Source: an uncultured Gammaproteobacteria bacterium (lineage in GTDB: Bacteria > Patescibacteriota > Microgenomatia > Levybacterales > GWA1-39-11). From it: 52,280 nucleotides of DNA. This document shows positions 1-9,759 of the stretch, piece after piece; the first letter of the stretch is position 1; every line of letters begins with the position of its first letter. The position numbers and the translations under genes were made by a program. Location of the stretch: contig CAYPEN010000006.1 in NCBI GenBank assembly GCA_964409875.1, positions 1 to 52,280 on the forward strand, given 5' to 3'. The notes below the pieces were generated by a model. It saw nothing but the letters and a program-made list of their open reading frames with translations. It did no database searches and had not been told where the DNA came from.

Positions 1-2
1 CG

Positions 3-2051
3 AAGTTCCTGGACGACGCGATCCGTCTCGTGAGCGCCTCTGCCATGCGCAACTGGAACGTCACGGCCAACAACCTGCTGCGCGTGATCGACGACTTTAT
101 CAAGACCGTGGTCGGTGGCGGCACGATCAACACCCTGACCAAGTCGGACGTATTGCTGCTCACCGACCAGTTGATCAAGGCCAAGCTCAACGGACGGTTC
201 CTCGCGGACGCGCTCGTGCTGACCGACAGCTCCGTGCGCACGGCGCTGCGCAACAAGACGCTCGGGGAGACCATGACTCTCGCGGACGCGCTGTCCCGCA
301 CGCTTGTGCTCAACCGCTACCAGCTGGAGCAGCTCGCGCTCACCGACGGGTTCTCCAAGTTCATGCAGCGCGTGCGGCAACTGGACGACGCGCTTGTGCT
401 GACGGACCAGGCGCTGCCTTCGCGCGCCAAGGTCCTCACCGCGCAGGACCAGCTCACGCTCCTGGACAACGCGCTCGCCTACAAGCTGCGGGGCCGCACG
501 CAGCAAGACAACCTGACCCTCGCCGACGTGCTGGTCTCGGGACTCCTGCGCGCGCGGAGGCTGGACGAAAACGTGTTGCTGGTGGACTCCTTCACGAAGA
601 CCGTGCTGACCTCGAACATTGTCACGCGGCAGTTGTCGGACGCGCTCGCCCTGCGCGACGCGAACTTCTTCCACGACTGGACGGTGTTCTTCTCCGACCG
701 CGCGCTGCTGACGGACGAGGTGATCGCGGTCAAGCTCGCCGCCAACGTGAAGACCAAGCTCCTCACCGACAACCTGATCCTGCGCTCGGACGACGGCATC
801 CAGTACAACGACTTCCTGTACACAGAGCAGATCCAGCTCACCGACAGCCAGCTCATACTGGGACGCGGGCAAATCTTCCGGCTTGTCGACGACGCGCTGG
901 CGCTCGTCGACTTCGCAGCCGTGATCCGGGACCGCACCTTCGTCGAGCTGATGGTGCTTGACGACTCACAAGGACGGTACCGGGAACTCGCGATGATTGC
1001 GGACGACGACCTCGCGCTCGTGGACGACTTCGTTAAGACGCTGACCACAAGCAACGTCAAAACCAAGAACCTGGTCGACACGATCTTCCTGACCTCGGCC
1101 ACCTTGCGCCGCAACTACACGGTCATCGCCTCGCAGCTCTCGACCATGGCGGACACCTTCTCGAAGGTCATCACCGGCCCCGGCATCGTCGTGAAGAACT
1201 TGGTCGACAACCTCGTACTGCAATCTGATTCCTCCTGGGGCCGGGTGTTCTCGGTGCTGGCCACGGACGAGATTCAGGCGGTGATCGATGCTTTCAGCAA
1301 GTCCGTAACCTCGGGCGGCGTGGCAACCAAGAACCTGGTCGACAACCTCACGCTGCTCGACCAGCGCATCCAGTCGCGCTTCGTGTTCGCCGTGCGCAAC
1401 GACACCATTCCCTTCCTCACCGACAACGCGGTGACGGGCAAGCTTGCCATCCGCTGGATGTCGGACACGCTGCGGCTGGTGGACTCTTTCGCGATCGCGG
1501 CGGGCGCGCTGAACGTGAAGGTCCTGAGCGATTCCCTGCTCATCACGGACGGGAACCTCAAGTACCAGGTGTACTACCGGGCGCTCATCGACAACCTTGC
1601 GCTGCTCGACTCCCTGCAAACGACGGGCCGCAAGACCGTGGTGCTGGACGACGCCATTCAGGTGACCGACGCGACGCAGAAGTACCTGCTGCTCTCGCGT
1701 CAGTTGCAGGACTTCATCGTGAAAGTCACGGACGACAAGACACTTGTGAAGCTGCTTAACCGGGTGGACGCGCTGTCCCTGGCCGACGGGCAGGTCACCT
1801 TTGTGACCAAGGTGCGCTCATTTGTGGAAGCCGTGTTCCTCACGGACGATGTGCGCCGGGCGCTGAACCGCACTACAATTTCGACGGACACGTTGGCGCT
1901 GTCGGATGAGATGCTGGCGCGATTCTTGCCCCTCCTCCAGTACGAGGTGCGCATGAAGCTGTCGGTCGCGGCCAAGGAGATGGCGCTGGGGGTGGATGTG
2001 GTCACGCAATTGAGGGTTGATCCAAGAGCCATGGAGCTTGCTGTCGCATGA
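3..2051 (+). CDS. 5'-truncated repeat-rich putative virion/fibre protein with many D-x-L-x-L-x-D repeats
   Basis: Frame is open from position 3 (KFLDDAIRLV...) to the stop at 2051; recurring motifs such as DALVLTD, DNLTLAD, KNLVDNLTLLD; lies just before the neck genes. Confidence 0.75.
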   Translation, partial: KFLDDAIRLVSASAMRNWNVTANNLLRVIDDFIKTVVGGGTINTLTKSDVLLLTDQLIKAKLNGRFLADALVLTDSSVRTALRNKTLGETMTLADALSRTLVLNRYQLEQLALTDGFSKFMQRVRQLDDALVLTDQALPSRAKVLTAQDQLTLLDNALAYKLRGRTQQDNLTLADVLVSGLLRARRLDENVLLVDSFTKTVLTSNIVTRQLSDALALRDANFFHDWTVFFSDRALLTDEVIAVKLAANVKTKLLTDNLILRSDDGIQYNDFLYTEQIQLTDSQLILGRGQIFRLVDDALALVDFAAVIRDRTFVELMVLDDSQGRYRELAMIADDDLALVDDFVKTLTTSNVKTKNLVDTIFLTSATLRRNYTVIASQLSTMADTFSKVITGPGIVVKNLVDNLVLQSDSSWGRVFSVLATDEIQAVIDAFSKSVTSGGVATKNLVDNLTLLDQRIQSRFVFAVRNDTIPFLTDNAVTGKLAIRWMSDTLRLVDSFAIAAGALNVKVLSDSLLITDGNLKYQVYYRALIDNLALLDSLQTTGRKTVVLDDAIQVTDATQKYLLLSRQLQDFIVKVTDDKTLVKLLNRVDALSLADGQVTFVTKVRSFVEAVFLTDDVRRALNRTTISTDTLALSDEMLARFLPLLQYEVRMKLSVAAKEMALGVDVVTQLRVDPRAMELAVA

Positions 2052-2329
2052 AGATACCTATCACAGAACGCATCGGCGGGACCACCATCCGCGTCGCCAT
2101 GGTCAGCTCGGGTGCCGTTGGGGCCAATGCATGGTCCGCCATCTTCGACAAGAACGAGTCGCTGGTGAACTCCGTGACCGCGCAATCCAGCGGCAACGGG
2201 TTCTACTACGCGCTGCACACCCTGCCAAAGTCCAACGCGTGGTACGTGAACGAGTGGGGCATGATCCTTAACGCCAACACCTACGTGGATCGCCAGTTCA
2301 TCCGTGGACTGGTGCCGGAGGTCGACTGA
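2048..2329 (+). CDS. Hypothetical protein (putative virion component)
   Basis: 93 aa, ATGA overlap with the upstream gene, phage-typical codons. Confidence 0.7.
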   Translation: MKIPITERIGGTTIRVAMVSSGAVGANAWSAIFDKNESLVNSVTAQSSGNGFYYALHTLPKSNAWYVNEWGMILNANTYVDRQFIRGLVPEVD

Positions 2330-2330
2330 G

Positions 2331-2792
2331 ATGGGACGTTACACAGACTGGGACCGCGTCGTCCGCCGGTACGCGGACTTCGGCAAAGGCAACGGCGCAC
2401 AGGAAGACGCTCCGGAGTTCATCGCGCCCGCCGAGGACCAGGTGGACGCGGACCTCGCGAGCGCGTACGCCGTGCCGTTCTGCAACACCCCGTCACTCGC
2501 GCCTGGAGTCGTGGCGGACCTCGCGACCGACCTTGCCTACTGGAAAAAGATCGGCATCCGCAGCAAGAACGGCAAAGCGATCAAGGACTACTATGACCAG
2601 CGAGTCGAGGCCATCCTGCTCGGCAAAACGCTCGTCGTCACTAGCGGCGGGACGGTGGTGCCGATGCTCTCCATGGGCGGCGGTTGGTCCTCGACGGAAG
2701 GCTACGGCTCCTCCTTCGGGATGGACGATCCCACCGCGTGGGTCACGAACTCTGCCTGGCAGCAGGCCTCGGAGGACGCCCGTGGCGTCTAA
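2331..2792 (+). CDS. Head-tail adaptor (Mu gp36/DUF1320-like)
   Basis: ATG at 2331; YTDWDRVVRRY...AEDQVDADLASAYAVP...DLATDLAYW...YDQRVEAILLG pattern; first neck gene. Confidence 0.7.
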   Translation: MGRYTDWDRVVRRYADFGKGNGAQEDAPEFIAPAEDQVDADLASAYAVPFCNTPSLAPGVVADLATDLAYWKKIGIRSKNGKAIKDYYDQRVEAILLGKTLVVTSGGTVVPMLSMGGGWSSTEGYGSSFGMDDPTAWVTNSAWQQASEDARGV

Positions 2793-3237
2793 GACGGCAC
2801 TGGTCTTCACGACCAACACGTCCGAGATCGGCAAGCGCCTGCGCGAGCTGTCGGCGCGCGTGAAGGACCGCTCCAAGCCAGCGAAGCAACTGGCGGTGCA
2901 GTTGTACGGAGACACCCTGCGTAACTTCAACACTAACGGCGCGCTGTTCAAGAACAACTGGCCGCAGCTCGCCATCAGCACGCAGCACTACAAATCTTCG
3001 CGCGGCTGGTACGTGATGCTGGTGCGCACCGGCACCCTGCGCCAAGGGTTCTACCAGTACAGCACGCAGAACTACGCCGCCGTTGGGAACAAGGTGCCTT
3101 ACGCTTCATTCCACGAGACCGGGACTCGCTTCATGCCGCGTCGTCAGATTATGCCGTCCGCTGACTGGGCGGCCACGCGTGGTGTGCAGGTGTTCTCGGA
3201 GTACCTGAAGAGCAGCGTTAAGGAGGTTGGCCTGTGA
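2782..3237 (+). CDS. Virion morphogenesis / tail completion protein (Mu gpG-like)
   Basis: GTG at 2782 after GGAGG; W-x-x-L...LVRTGTLR...VGNKVPYASFHETGT-x-x-MPRR-x-x-M motif. Confidence 0.8.
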   Translation: MASKTALVFTTNTSEIGKRLRELSARVKDRSKPAKQLAVQLYGDTLRNFNTNGALFKNNWPQLAISTQHYKSSRGWYVMLVRTGTLRQGFYQYSTQNYAAVGNKVPYASFHETGTRFMPRRQIMPSADWAATRGVQVFSEYLKSSVKEVGL

Positions 3238-3674
3238 AACCCGTCAAGGCAGGGGACATGACGACGGCCATCCAGGCCATGCTGCGTGCCGACACCCGGC
3301 TTAACGGCACGGACGTCACGCGCTCAGAGCTTCTGAACGTGGACCCGTCCAAGTGCCCATGGATCGGCATCTACCGCAGCAACTCACAGTTCGAGGCGCG
3401 CACGCTGGGCTACGGGGCGGGGGCGCGTAGGCAGTTGACGGAGCTGGTGGTGTTTTGCCAGGAATCCGACAACGATAGCGGCGAGGAGGCCGAGGACCTG
3501 CACGAGACGCTCGTGGCCAACGTGCTCGACGTGCTGTTCTCTGACACGACCCTCTCGGGGACCGCGCGCACGATTACCCTGGCCAGCATCCAGTACCAAT
3601 TGATCACAGACAACGACGAGCAGCTCATGCACACCGCAGAGATTCACATCGTCGCCGAAACCGTTACACAATAG
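3234..3674 (+). CDS. Putative tail terminator
   Basis: 146 aa, PWIGIY motif, sits between the neck gene and the tail tube gene. Confidence 0.6.
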   Translation: MKPVKAGDMTTAIQAMLRADTRLNGTDVTRSELLNVDPSKCPWIGIYRSNSQFEARTLGYGAGARRQLTELVVFCQESDNDSGEEAEDLHETLVANVLDVLFSDTTLSGTARTITLASIQYQLITDNDEQLMHTAEIHIVAETVTQ

Positions 3675-3690
3675 GAGGCTAATGATTTAG

Positions 3691-4692
3691 ATGAGCTACG
3701 GGACCAATATCAAGTTCGGCATCGCGATGCAGACCTCGGGCGGCACGCTCGTTCCTGCCGCGAACGCCGGTTCGTACCACCACGTGCCGCTGCTGAGCGA
3801 GAATCTGGGCTTGGAGAAGTCCGAACTCACTTCGCAGAACCTCAACGGCTCCTTCGCGATCGGTGAGGTGTTCGACGGCATCAACAAGGTCGCGGGGACC
3901 ATCACCATGGAGGCGCTGCCGCGCCAGATGGGTGCGTTCCTGACCGCTGTCATCAACGATCCGATCCGCACCCTGTCCGGCTCCAACCTCACCAAGTGGG
4001 AGTTCTTGCCGCGCACCGCCGACTTCGACGCGAACTATTGCAACCGCCCCGTGACGGTGTTCAAGCAGTTCGCGGACGCGACCTCGGGCGAGCAGTTCTA
4101 CGACACGCAGTTCTCCGACATCGAGTGGACCATCTCCGCAGGCCAGCTCGTGAAGGTTGCCATGACGGCGGTCGGCGGCAAGCGCGTCACCAACGGCACG
4201 TCGATGAATTTGCCGATCGTGACGGCGGACCTCAATGACCAGTGGATGTGGGACGTAGCATCGCTCTCCTACGGCGGCAACGCGGTCAGCAACTTTTCCG
4301 AGATCAAGATCAAGGTCTCCGAGCAGATCGATCCTTTGTACGGCCTGAACGCGTCGCTCGATCCGATCAAGTTCACGCGCAAGGCATTCCGCGACGTGCT
4401 GGTGTCGGGCACGTTCTTCATGTCCGATCGCGCCATGCTGAACGACTTCGTGTCGAGCACCAAGCGCCAGCTGCTCGTGAGCCTCGTCAACTCGCGCATC
4501 GCGATCCAGTCCGGATACTTCCACAGCATGGTGCTTGACGTGCCGCAGGTGAAGATCACGGACTTCAAGCCTGGTGCCTCCGGCCCCGGCGAGGTCGCCG
4601 TGTCGTTCTCAGCGCGCGGAGTGCTGGACCCGACTAGCAACTACCAGTTCAAGGCGACGCTGACCAACACGTTCAACAACACTGTCTATTGA
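3691..4692 (+). CDS. Major tail tube protein
   Basis: 333 aa beta-rich protein (E-x-G-T-L...SEN-L-x-x-E-x-x-x-L-T-S...AGTITME); precedes chaperone and tape measure; no sheath gene nearby. Confidence 0.8.
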   Translation: MSYGTNIKFGIAMQTSGGTLVPAANAGSYHHVPLLSENLGLEKSELTSQNLNGSFAIGEVFDGINKVAGTITMEALPRQMGAFLTAVINDPIRTLSGSNLTKWEFLPRTADFDANYCNRPVTVFKQFADATSGEQFYDTQFSDIEWTISAGQLVKVAMTAVGGKRVTNGTSMNLPIVTADLNDQWMWDVASLSYGGNAVSNFSEIKIKVSEQIDPLYGLNASLDPIKFTRKAFRDVLVSGTFFMSDRAMLNDFVSSTKRQLLVSLVNSRIAIQSGYFHSMVLDVPQVKITDFKPGASGPGEVAVSFSARGVLDPTSNYQFKATLTNTFNNTVY

Positions 4693-4701
4693 GGAGGCAA
4701 G

Positions 4702-5103
4702 ATGAGTGGCTATGTTAGAAACCTGAAGCTGACCATCCCGTTCGACGGGGACGAAGTGAAGCTGACCTTGCGCAATCTGGAGCTGGCGGACTTCAACGCC
4801 ATCGTGGCCTCTCGCGAGCACGACGCAGATATGGTCGTGATCTCAGAGTTCGCCAAGCTCCTGCCCAAGTACGTCGTGGAGATGAAAGGGCTGCACGACG
4901 CCGCAGGGAACGAGGTTGGGATCGAGGAGGTGTGCACGGTGACGTACTTCGCGCCGATCCTGGGTCAGTGCTTCAGGTTCTTGCTTAGCGAGGCTGTCCT
5001 AAAAAACCGCAAGGCTTCAGACGAGACCTCGACCGCCTCCTCGTCGGAAACGAAGCCTACGACCGGATCAATCCAGGCGGTCTCGGGGCACTTGATTGGC
5101 TGA
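4702..5103 (+). CDS. Tail assembly chaperone (gpG analogue)
   Basis: 133 aa between tube and tape measure; contains in-frame slippery heptamer A AAA AAC. Confidence 0.8.
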   Translation: MSGYVRNLKLTIPFDGDEVKLTLRNLELADFNAIVASREHDADMVVISEFAKLLPKYVVEMKGLHDAAGNEVGIEEVCTVTYFAPILGQCFRFLLSEAVLKNRKASDETSTASSSETKPTTGSIQAVSGHLIG

Positions 5104-5252
5104 TGTTGTTCTACCTGACGCACCAACCCAACCCGTTCGGCGGGTGGACGCGCACGGAGTGGCCGGACGGACGGTCGGCGATCGAGCAACCGGCTGTCGC
5201 GGTGCAGGCGTTCATGATCGTGTCGCAGGCGATGGCGCACGCGGCAAAGTGA
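4702..5252 (+). CDS. Frameshifted tail chaperone (gpGT analogue, ~183 aa)
   Basis: -1 frame reads KPQGFRRDLDRLLVGNEAYD...EWPDGRSAIEQPAVAVQAFMIVSQAMAHAAK* and ends 6 nt before the tape measure ATG. Confidence 0.8.
5001..5007 (+). other. Programmed -1 ribosomal frameshift site (A AAA AAC)
   Basis: X XXY YYZ heptamer correctly phased (CTA AAA AAC); the -1 frame stays open to TGA at 5250-5252. Confidence 0.85.
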
Positions 5253-5258
5253 GGAATC

Positions 5259-7127
5259 ATGGCAGACGTTGAACTACGAGCGCAATTTATCGACGGTGCT
5301 TCCGAGGGCATCGCGCACGTTGCGGATAGCCTGAAGGAACTTGGTGCGGCTTACCTGGGCTTCGAAGGTATCAAGAAGCTCGTCGAGAACATCACCGAGG
5401 CGCAGGAATCCATCCTGGAGCTTGATCGTCTGTTCCGTTCCTTCGGCGACACGGTCAACGTCTCCAAGCAGGACATGATCGATTACGCCACCGCCATCCA
5501 GGAGAGCACCGCGCTGACCGACGACGCTGTGCTCAAGGGGCAGGCGGCACTGCTGAAGTACACGTCGATTACAGGAGAGGAGTTCAAGCGCGTCCGAGAC
5601 ATCGCGGTCGATCTCGGTGCCGAGATGGGCGGGGACGTCGCCGGTGCTGCGGACCTGCTGGGACGTGCGCTGGAGAACCCGTTGCAGGGCCTTCGCATCT
5701 TGCGCCAGCTCGGCATCGTGCTGTCCCCGGAGCAGCAAGAACTCGCCAAAAACATGATCGAGACGGGCCGTGCCGCGCAGGTGCAGGCGTTCCTGCTGGA
5801 GGAGCTAGAGAAGCGGCTCAAAGGCACAGCCAAGGAAGGCGCGGAGACGCTGGGCGGTGCGCTTACGCAGTTGAAGAACGCACTGAGCGACGCTTTCAAA
5901 GGCCAGGGCGCGGACGTCGATGGCCTAACCAAGTCTATCAAAACCCTGTCCGAAGAAGTCTCCAAACCTGAGTTCCGTGAGGTGCTTGGAGACCTGGTGA
6001 AACTGTTCGTGGGCTTGACCACGATTCTTGCGCGCACGGTTGGGTTGATGGGTGAGTTCATTAGCAAGATACAAGAGCTGTCCGCCAACTCAAAAGCCAT
6101 CCGGGTGCTCACCAACCTAATCCCAGGCGTTGGCGCGTTGCGCGGTCTCGGCGACATCGCAGACCTGATCGCCAACAAGTCCGGTGGAACCAAGGGTGGG
6201 TCGAGCGTTGTCCCTGGCCAAGGAGACGACGGCGGGTTGCGTTCTTTCCTGTCCAAGATTTACGGCAAGGGCGGTGGACTGAGTGGTCCGATCCTGGAGA
6301 CCCCGGAGGAGGCCAAGAAGCGACGCGCCAAGGAACTGCAAGACCTGATCGACAGCATCCAGGCGGACGTCGACCTGTTCAACAAGGCGGACGATGCCAC
6401 GAAGACGGTTGCTGAAAAGAACGAAGCCGCGATCAACGAGTTCATCGCCAACCTGAAAATCGCCACCAAGGACATCACCCTGAGCAACCAGGAGGCGATC
6501 GACCGTGGTATAGAGTTCTTGCAAGAGGACCTGGACAACGCCGCAAAGAACGCCAGCGCACGGCGCGTCACGCTGCCGAAGGAGGAGATCACCGAGTACC
6601 AGCGCCTCGCGCGCGACGCGGCCAAGTCCATCCAGTCTGCATTCGCCGACATGTTCTACAACATGGGCCAGGGCGCAAACAACTTCCTGAAAGACATGCT
6701 GAACGTGTTCAAGCGCATCCTGGCCGAGGCGCTTGCGCTGGACCTGGCCAAGGCGTTGAAGCTGGACCAACTGGGCAAGGCGGGAGGTGGTGGCAGTGGT
6801 GGCGGCGGGTCCGTGTTTGGCTCGATCCTCGGAGGGGTCATCGGTGCCTTCTTTGGCCACGCGGGCGGCACGAGCCAATTGTCCGGTCCCGCCATCGTGG
6901 GCGAGCGCGGCCCCGAGCTGTTCATCCCACCCGGCTTCGGTGGGTCGATCGTCCCCAACTACGCGCTCGGCGGCACGGGTGTCAACTACTCCCCCATCAC
7001 CAACATCAGCGCCGCACCCGAGACCGACATGAGCAAGCTCTCCGCCATCATTTCCATCAACAACGACCGGCAACGCGCGGAGATCATGCGCATGTTGTAC
7101 GACAACGGCTTCGGGAGGATGCGGTAA
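5259..7127 (+). CDS. Tape measure protein
   Basis: 622 aa, helical and Ala/Leu-rich; C-terminal AGG...PAIVGERGPELFIP...GSIVPN motif. Confidence 0.92.
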   Translation: MADVELRAQFIDGASEGIAHVADSLKELGAAYLGFEGIKKLVENITEAQESILELDRLFRSFGDTVNVSKQDMIDYATAIQESTALTDDAVLKGQAALLKYTSITGEEFKRVRDIAVDLGAEMGGDVAGAADLLGRALENPLQGLRILRQLGIVLSPEQQELAKNMIETGRAAQVQAFLLEELEKRLKGTAKEGAETLGGALTQLKNALSDAFKGQGADVDGLTKSIKTLSEEVSKPEFREVLGDLVKLFVGLTTILARTVGLMGEFISKIQELSANSKAIRVLTNLIPGVGALRGLGDIADLIANKSGGTKGGSSVVPGQGDDGGLRSFLSKIYGKGGGLSGPILETPEEAKKRRAKELQDLIDSIQADVDLFNKADDATKTVAEKNEAAINEFIANLKIATKDITLSNQEAIDRGIEFLQEDLDNAAKNASARRVTLPKEEITEYQRLARDAAKSIQSAFADMFYNMGQGANNFLKDMLNVFKRILAEALALDLAKALKLDQLGKAGGGGSGGGGSVFGSILGGVIGAFFGHAGGTSQLSGPAIVGERGPELFIPPGFGGSIVPNYALGGTGVNYSPITNISAAPETDMSKLSAIISINNDRQRAEIMRMLYDNGFGRMR

Positions 7128-8705
7128 GTGGCCCTGAACGATGTAATCTTCCCGCCCAACGTCCAGGTGCAGGACGAGGGCATCACGATCGTGGACGACA
7201 TGACTGAGGAGTTCCAGCCGTCGATGGCGCGTGGGCTGTCGCAGTTCCAGGTGTTCGGTGGTCCCCGGATCGCCATGACCCGTCGCATGATCGTGCGGCA
7301 GACGGACCTTGGCCAGATGCTCGCATGGCTCCATGCGATCCGGGGCAAAGGGCAGCGGTTCTACACTAGCCCAACCTACCCGCGTCGAGGCTCGATCGCG
7401 AGCACCGAGCTGTTCTCGAACAACACCTTTGCGAACGGCACGACGGGATGGCAGGCGCAATCGCAGACATCCTTGTCTGTTCTCGACGAGACGATGATTG
7501 TGCGCAGGTCTGCGATTGGTTCGACGCAATACCTGCTCTATCCGACGAGCAATCTCACGGTCACGCAGTACGCCGCCTACGCTGCGCGCGCCATCGTGAA
7601 GCAGGGGAGCGTCGCTCCTCCCAACGGCTTGCGATGGGCCGACAACCTGGCGAGCGCGTCGTTTGGCGCGAACATGTTCCTCGGAATGATCTATGCGTCC
7701 TATGTCCCGCTTTCGACGAGCGTGCTGCCAGGATTGTTCGACTCCGCGACCTCGGGCCAGATCGCGGGGGACTATATGACGGTGCCTTGGATGTCGTTCG
7801 CGCGCTGTGGCCTCGTGGACAACGCACCGAACGCGCTGCTGCAATCCGACACAATGGACAACGCCTCGTGGACGAAGACCGGGTGTACCGTCACAGGTAA
7901 CGCCTCGGCGGGCCCCGACGGCACGACAACGGCGGACATGATTGTTGAAACCGCCGTCACCTCCGCCCACAACATCTCACAAGGCGTCACCGTTGTCTCG
8001 ACCGCGCTCGAATACTCGGCCTCGGTTACCTGCAAGGCGAGCACGCGCACCTGGTGCTTCGTGCAGATGGCGGAGACGCTCGGTGGCACCACCGTGTTCG
8101 CGTACATCAACCTCTCGACGGGCGCTATCGGTACGACGTCCACGGGTGCCAATTGGTCGAACCTGCGCGTCGTTGTCGTCGATCAAGGCGGCGGGTTCTA
8201 CCGCATATCGATCACCGCGAAGAAGACGAACGCCGCCACCACGATCAGCTTCAACATTGGTGCCGCGACCGCCGACAACACTGGGTCGTACCTGGGCGTT
8301 GCGTCAACGAACGCGATCTTAATGTGGCACGCGACGCTCGCGCAGTCCTCCTGCCCCTGCCGGGGGACAGTGACGCTAACTACTGCATATCCCAATGGCG
8401 TCGCGCAGTCGGGGAACGGACTCTACACAAAGGGCTGGCCCGCCTCGCAGTCGGGGTTCCTGTTGTCGGGGGACATGATCCAGGCGGGCGACAACCTCGC
8501 CTTCATCACCGCCCCCGCGATCTCGGACGCTGCGGGACTCGCTTACCTGGAGTTCGGTCCCTCGATCGTCACGTCCCCCGACGACAACGACGCGGTCGTG
8601 GTCACGCAGCCCATGGGCAAGTTCGTGCAAAAGTCCGACCCGCAGATCACGAACCGCTTCGGGCTGTATGGTGAGATCAGCGTGGAGCTGGAGCAGAGGT
8701 ACTAA
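7128..8705 (+). CDS. Distal tail protein with inserted carbohydrate-binding-like domain(s)
   Basis: Follows the tape measure; Dit-like N and C ends (…LSGDMIQAGD…D-x-x-G-x-A-x-L-x-F-x-P) flank a ~350-aa beta-rich insert (NALLQSDTMDNASWTK…GPDGTTTADMIVE). Confidence 0.65.
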   Translation: MALNDVIFPPNVQVQDEGITIVDDMTEEFQPSMARGLSQFQVFGGPRIAMTRRMIVRQTDLGQMLAWLHAIRGKGQRFYTSPTYPRRGSIASTELFSNNTFANGTTGWQAQSQTSLSVLDETMIVRRSAIGSTQYLLYPTSNLTVTQYAAYAARAIVKQGSVAPPNGLRWADNLASASFGANMFLGMIYASYVPLSTSVLPGLFDSATSGQIAGDYMTVPWMSFARCGLVDNAPNALLQSDTMDNASWTKTGCTVTGNASAGPDGTTTADMIVETAVTSAHNISQGVTVVSTALEYSASVTCKASTRTWCFVQMAETLGGTTVFAYINLSTGAIGTTSTGANWSNLRVVVVDQGGGFYRISITAKKTNAATTISFNIGAATADNTGSYLGVASTNAILMWHATLAQSSCPCRGTVTLTTAYPNGVAQSGNGLYTKGWPASQSGFLLSGDMIQAGDNLAFITAPAISDAAGLAYLEFGPSIVTSPDDNDAVVVTQPMGKFVQKSDPQITNRFGLYGEISVELEQRY

Positions 8706-8708
8706 CGC

Positions 8709-9350
8709 ATGACGCGCTTCGTTTACGCCGCCGCAGAGTCCGCTTCGACCGAGCCCAAGGTGCAGTTCAGGCTCCTGGCCTCGGTCACGATGGTTTCGAC
8801 GACCGCACTACTGTGCACAGGCATGACGCCGATCGCCTGGGGCGCGAACACCTACTCCCCCGTCGGTATGCTCGGCGGCGTCGAGCGGGTGCAGGAGGAC
8901 AGCTCGCCGTTCCCGCGCACGCTACGTATGTGGCTGTCGGCTGTGGGAAGCGCGCAACTTGCGGACGCGTTGACAGAGAACCTTTACAACAAGAACGTGA
9001 AGATATACCGAGGGTTCCTTGATCAGTCGGGGTTGCTGGTATCGACCCCGGAACTCGCGTTCTCGGGCAGGATCAACAATGTGAAGATCAACCTACGCGA
9101 TCCTTCGCGAGGCTCCCACGTTGCGCTCGAAGTCGAGAGCCGCCTGCGGCGCGAGCCGCGCAGCGCGTGGTTCAACAAGGAGACGCTCTGGCAGACGTAC
9201 TCCGGAGACACGTTCTTCAACTTCATTGAGCAGATTCCTGGGTTCAAGGCACTGTGGGGCAACCGCGCCACGTACTTCAACGCCCCGTGGAACCACCCTG
9301 GCTTCCCTGGCGGGTATCCGGGGCTGCCAGGTTTCAGAGGAGGACGATAG
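8709..9350 (+). CDS. Tail tip / hub protein (gpL/DUF2163-like)
   Basis: 213 aa; WGANTYSPVGMLGGVERVQE...FSGRI...GDTFFNFI; canonical position. Confidence 0.7.
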   Translation: MTRFVYAAAESASTEPKVQFRLLASVTMVSTTALLCTGMTPIAWGANTYSPVGMLGGVERVQEDSSPFPRTLRMWLSAVGSAQLADALTENLYNKNVKIYRGFLDQSGLLVSTPELAFSGRINNVKINLRDPSRGSHVALEVESRLRREPRSAWFNKETLWQTYSGDTFFNFIEQIPGFKALWGNRATYFNAPWNHPGFPGGYPGLPGFRGGR

Positions 9351-9755
9351 ATGAGGGTATCGAATTGGCCATCCCAGTACCATCGAGCCGTCGCCAACGC
9401 GCGGCTGATCCCGTTCCGCTGGGGTGTGCATGACTGCGTGTTGTTCTCGGCGTATGTCGTGGACTCGATCTCGGACCTGGACGTTACGCCAAAGTTCAAG
9501 GCCCGCTACCACTGGCACAATGAGGAAAGCGCGCAGAAGATCATCGAGCAGGCGGGGGGGCTGAGCGCGCTCGTGTGTGAGTTCCTGGGTCCTCCCGTGT
9601 CGTGGACGCTGCTCTCGACAGGGGACGTCGTGCTCGCGAAAAGTGAAGAGAAGATCCTGCTCGCCATTCACGACGGGCACAACCTGCTGTACCCGGGAGT
9701 AAGCGGGATCGCGGCGCTCCCGCTGTCTTGCGCTTTGCACGGGTGGAGGGTATAA
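9351..9755 (+). CDS. Tail tip NlpC/P60-like protein (DUF6950-type)
   Basis: PFRWGVHDCVLF...GDVVL...AIHDG motifs. Confidence 0.8.
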   Translation: MRVSNWPSQYHRAVANARLIPFRWGVHDCVLFSAYVVDSISDLDVTPKFKARYHWHNEESAQKIIEQAGGLSALVCEFLGPPVSWTLLSTGDVVLAKSEEKILLAIHDGHNLLYPGVSGIAALPLSCALHGWRV

Positions 9756-9759
9756 GCGC

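Noticed and set aside
6117-7970. 617-aa minus-strand ORF
   Set aside because: Antisense shadow of the tape measure and Dit genes; GC-rich codon bias leaves few stops; no motifs
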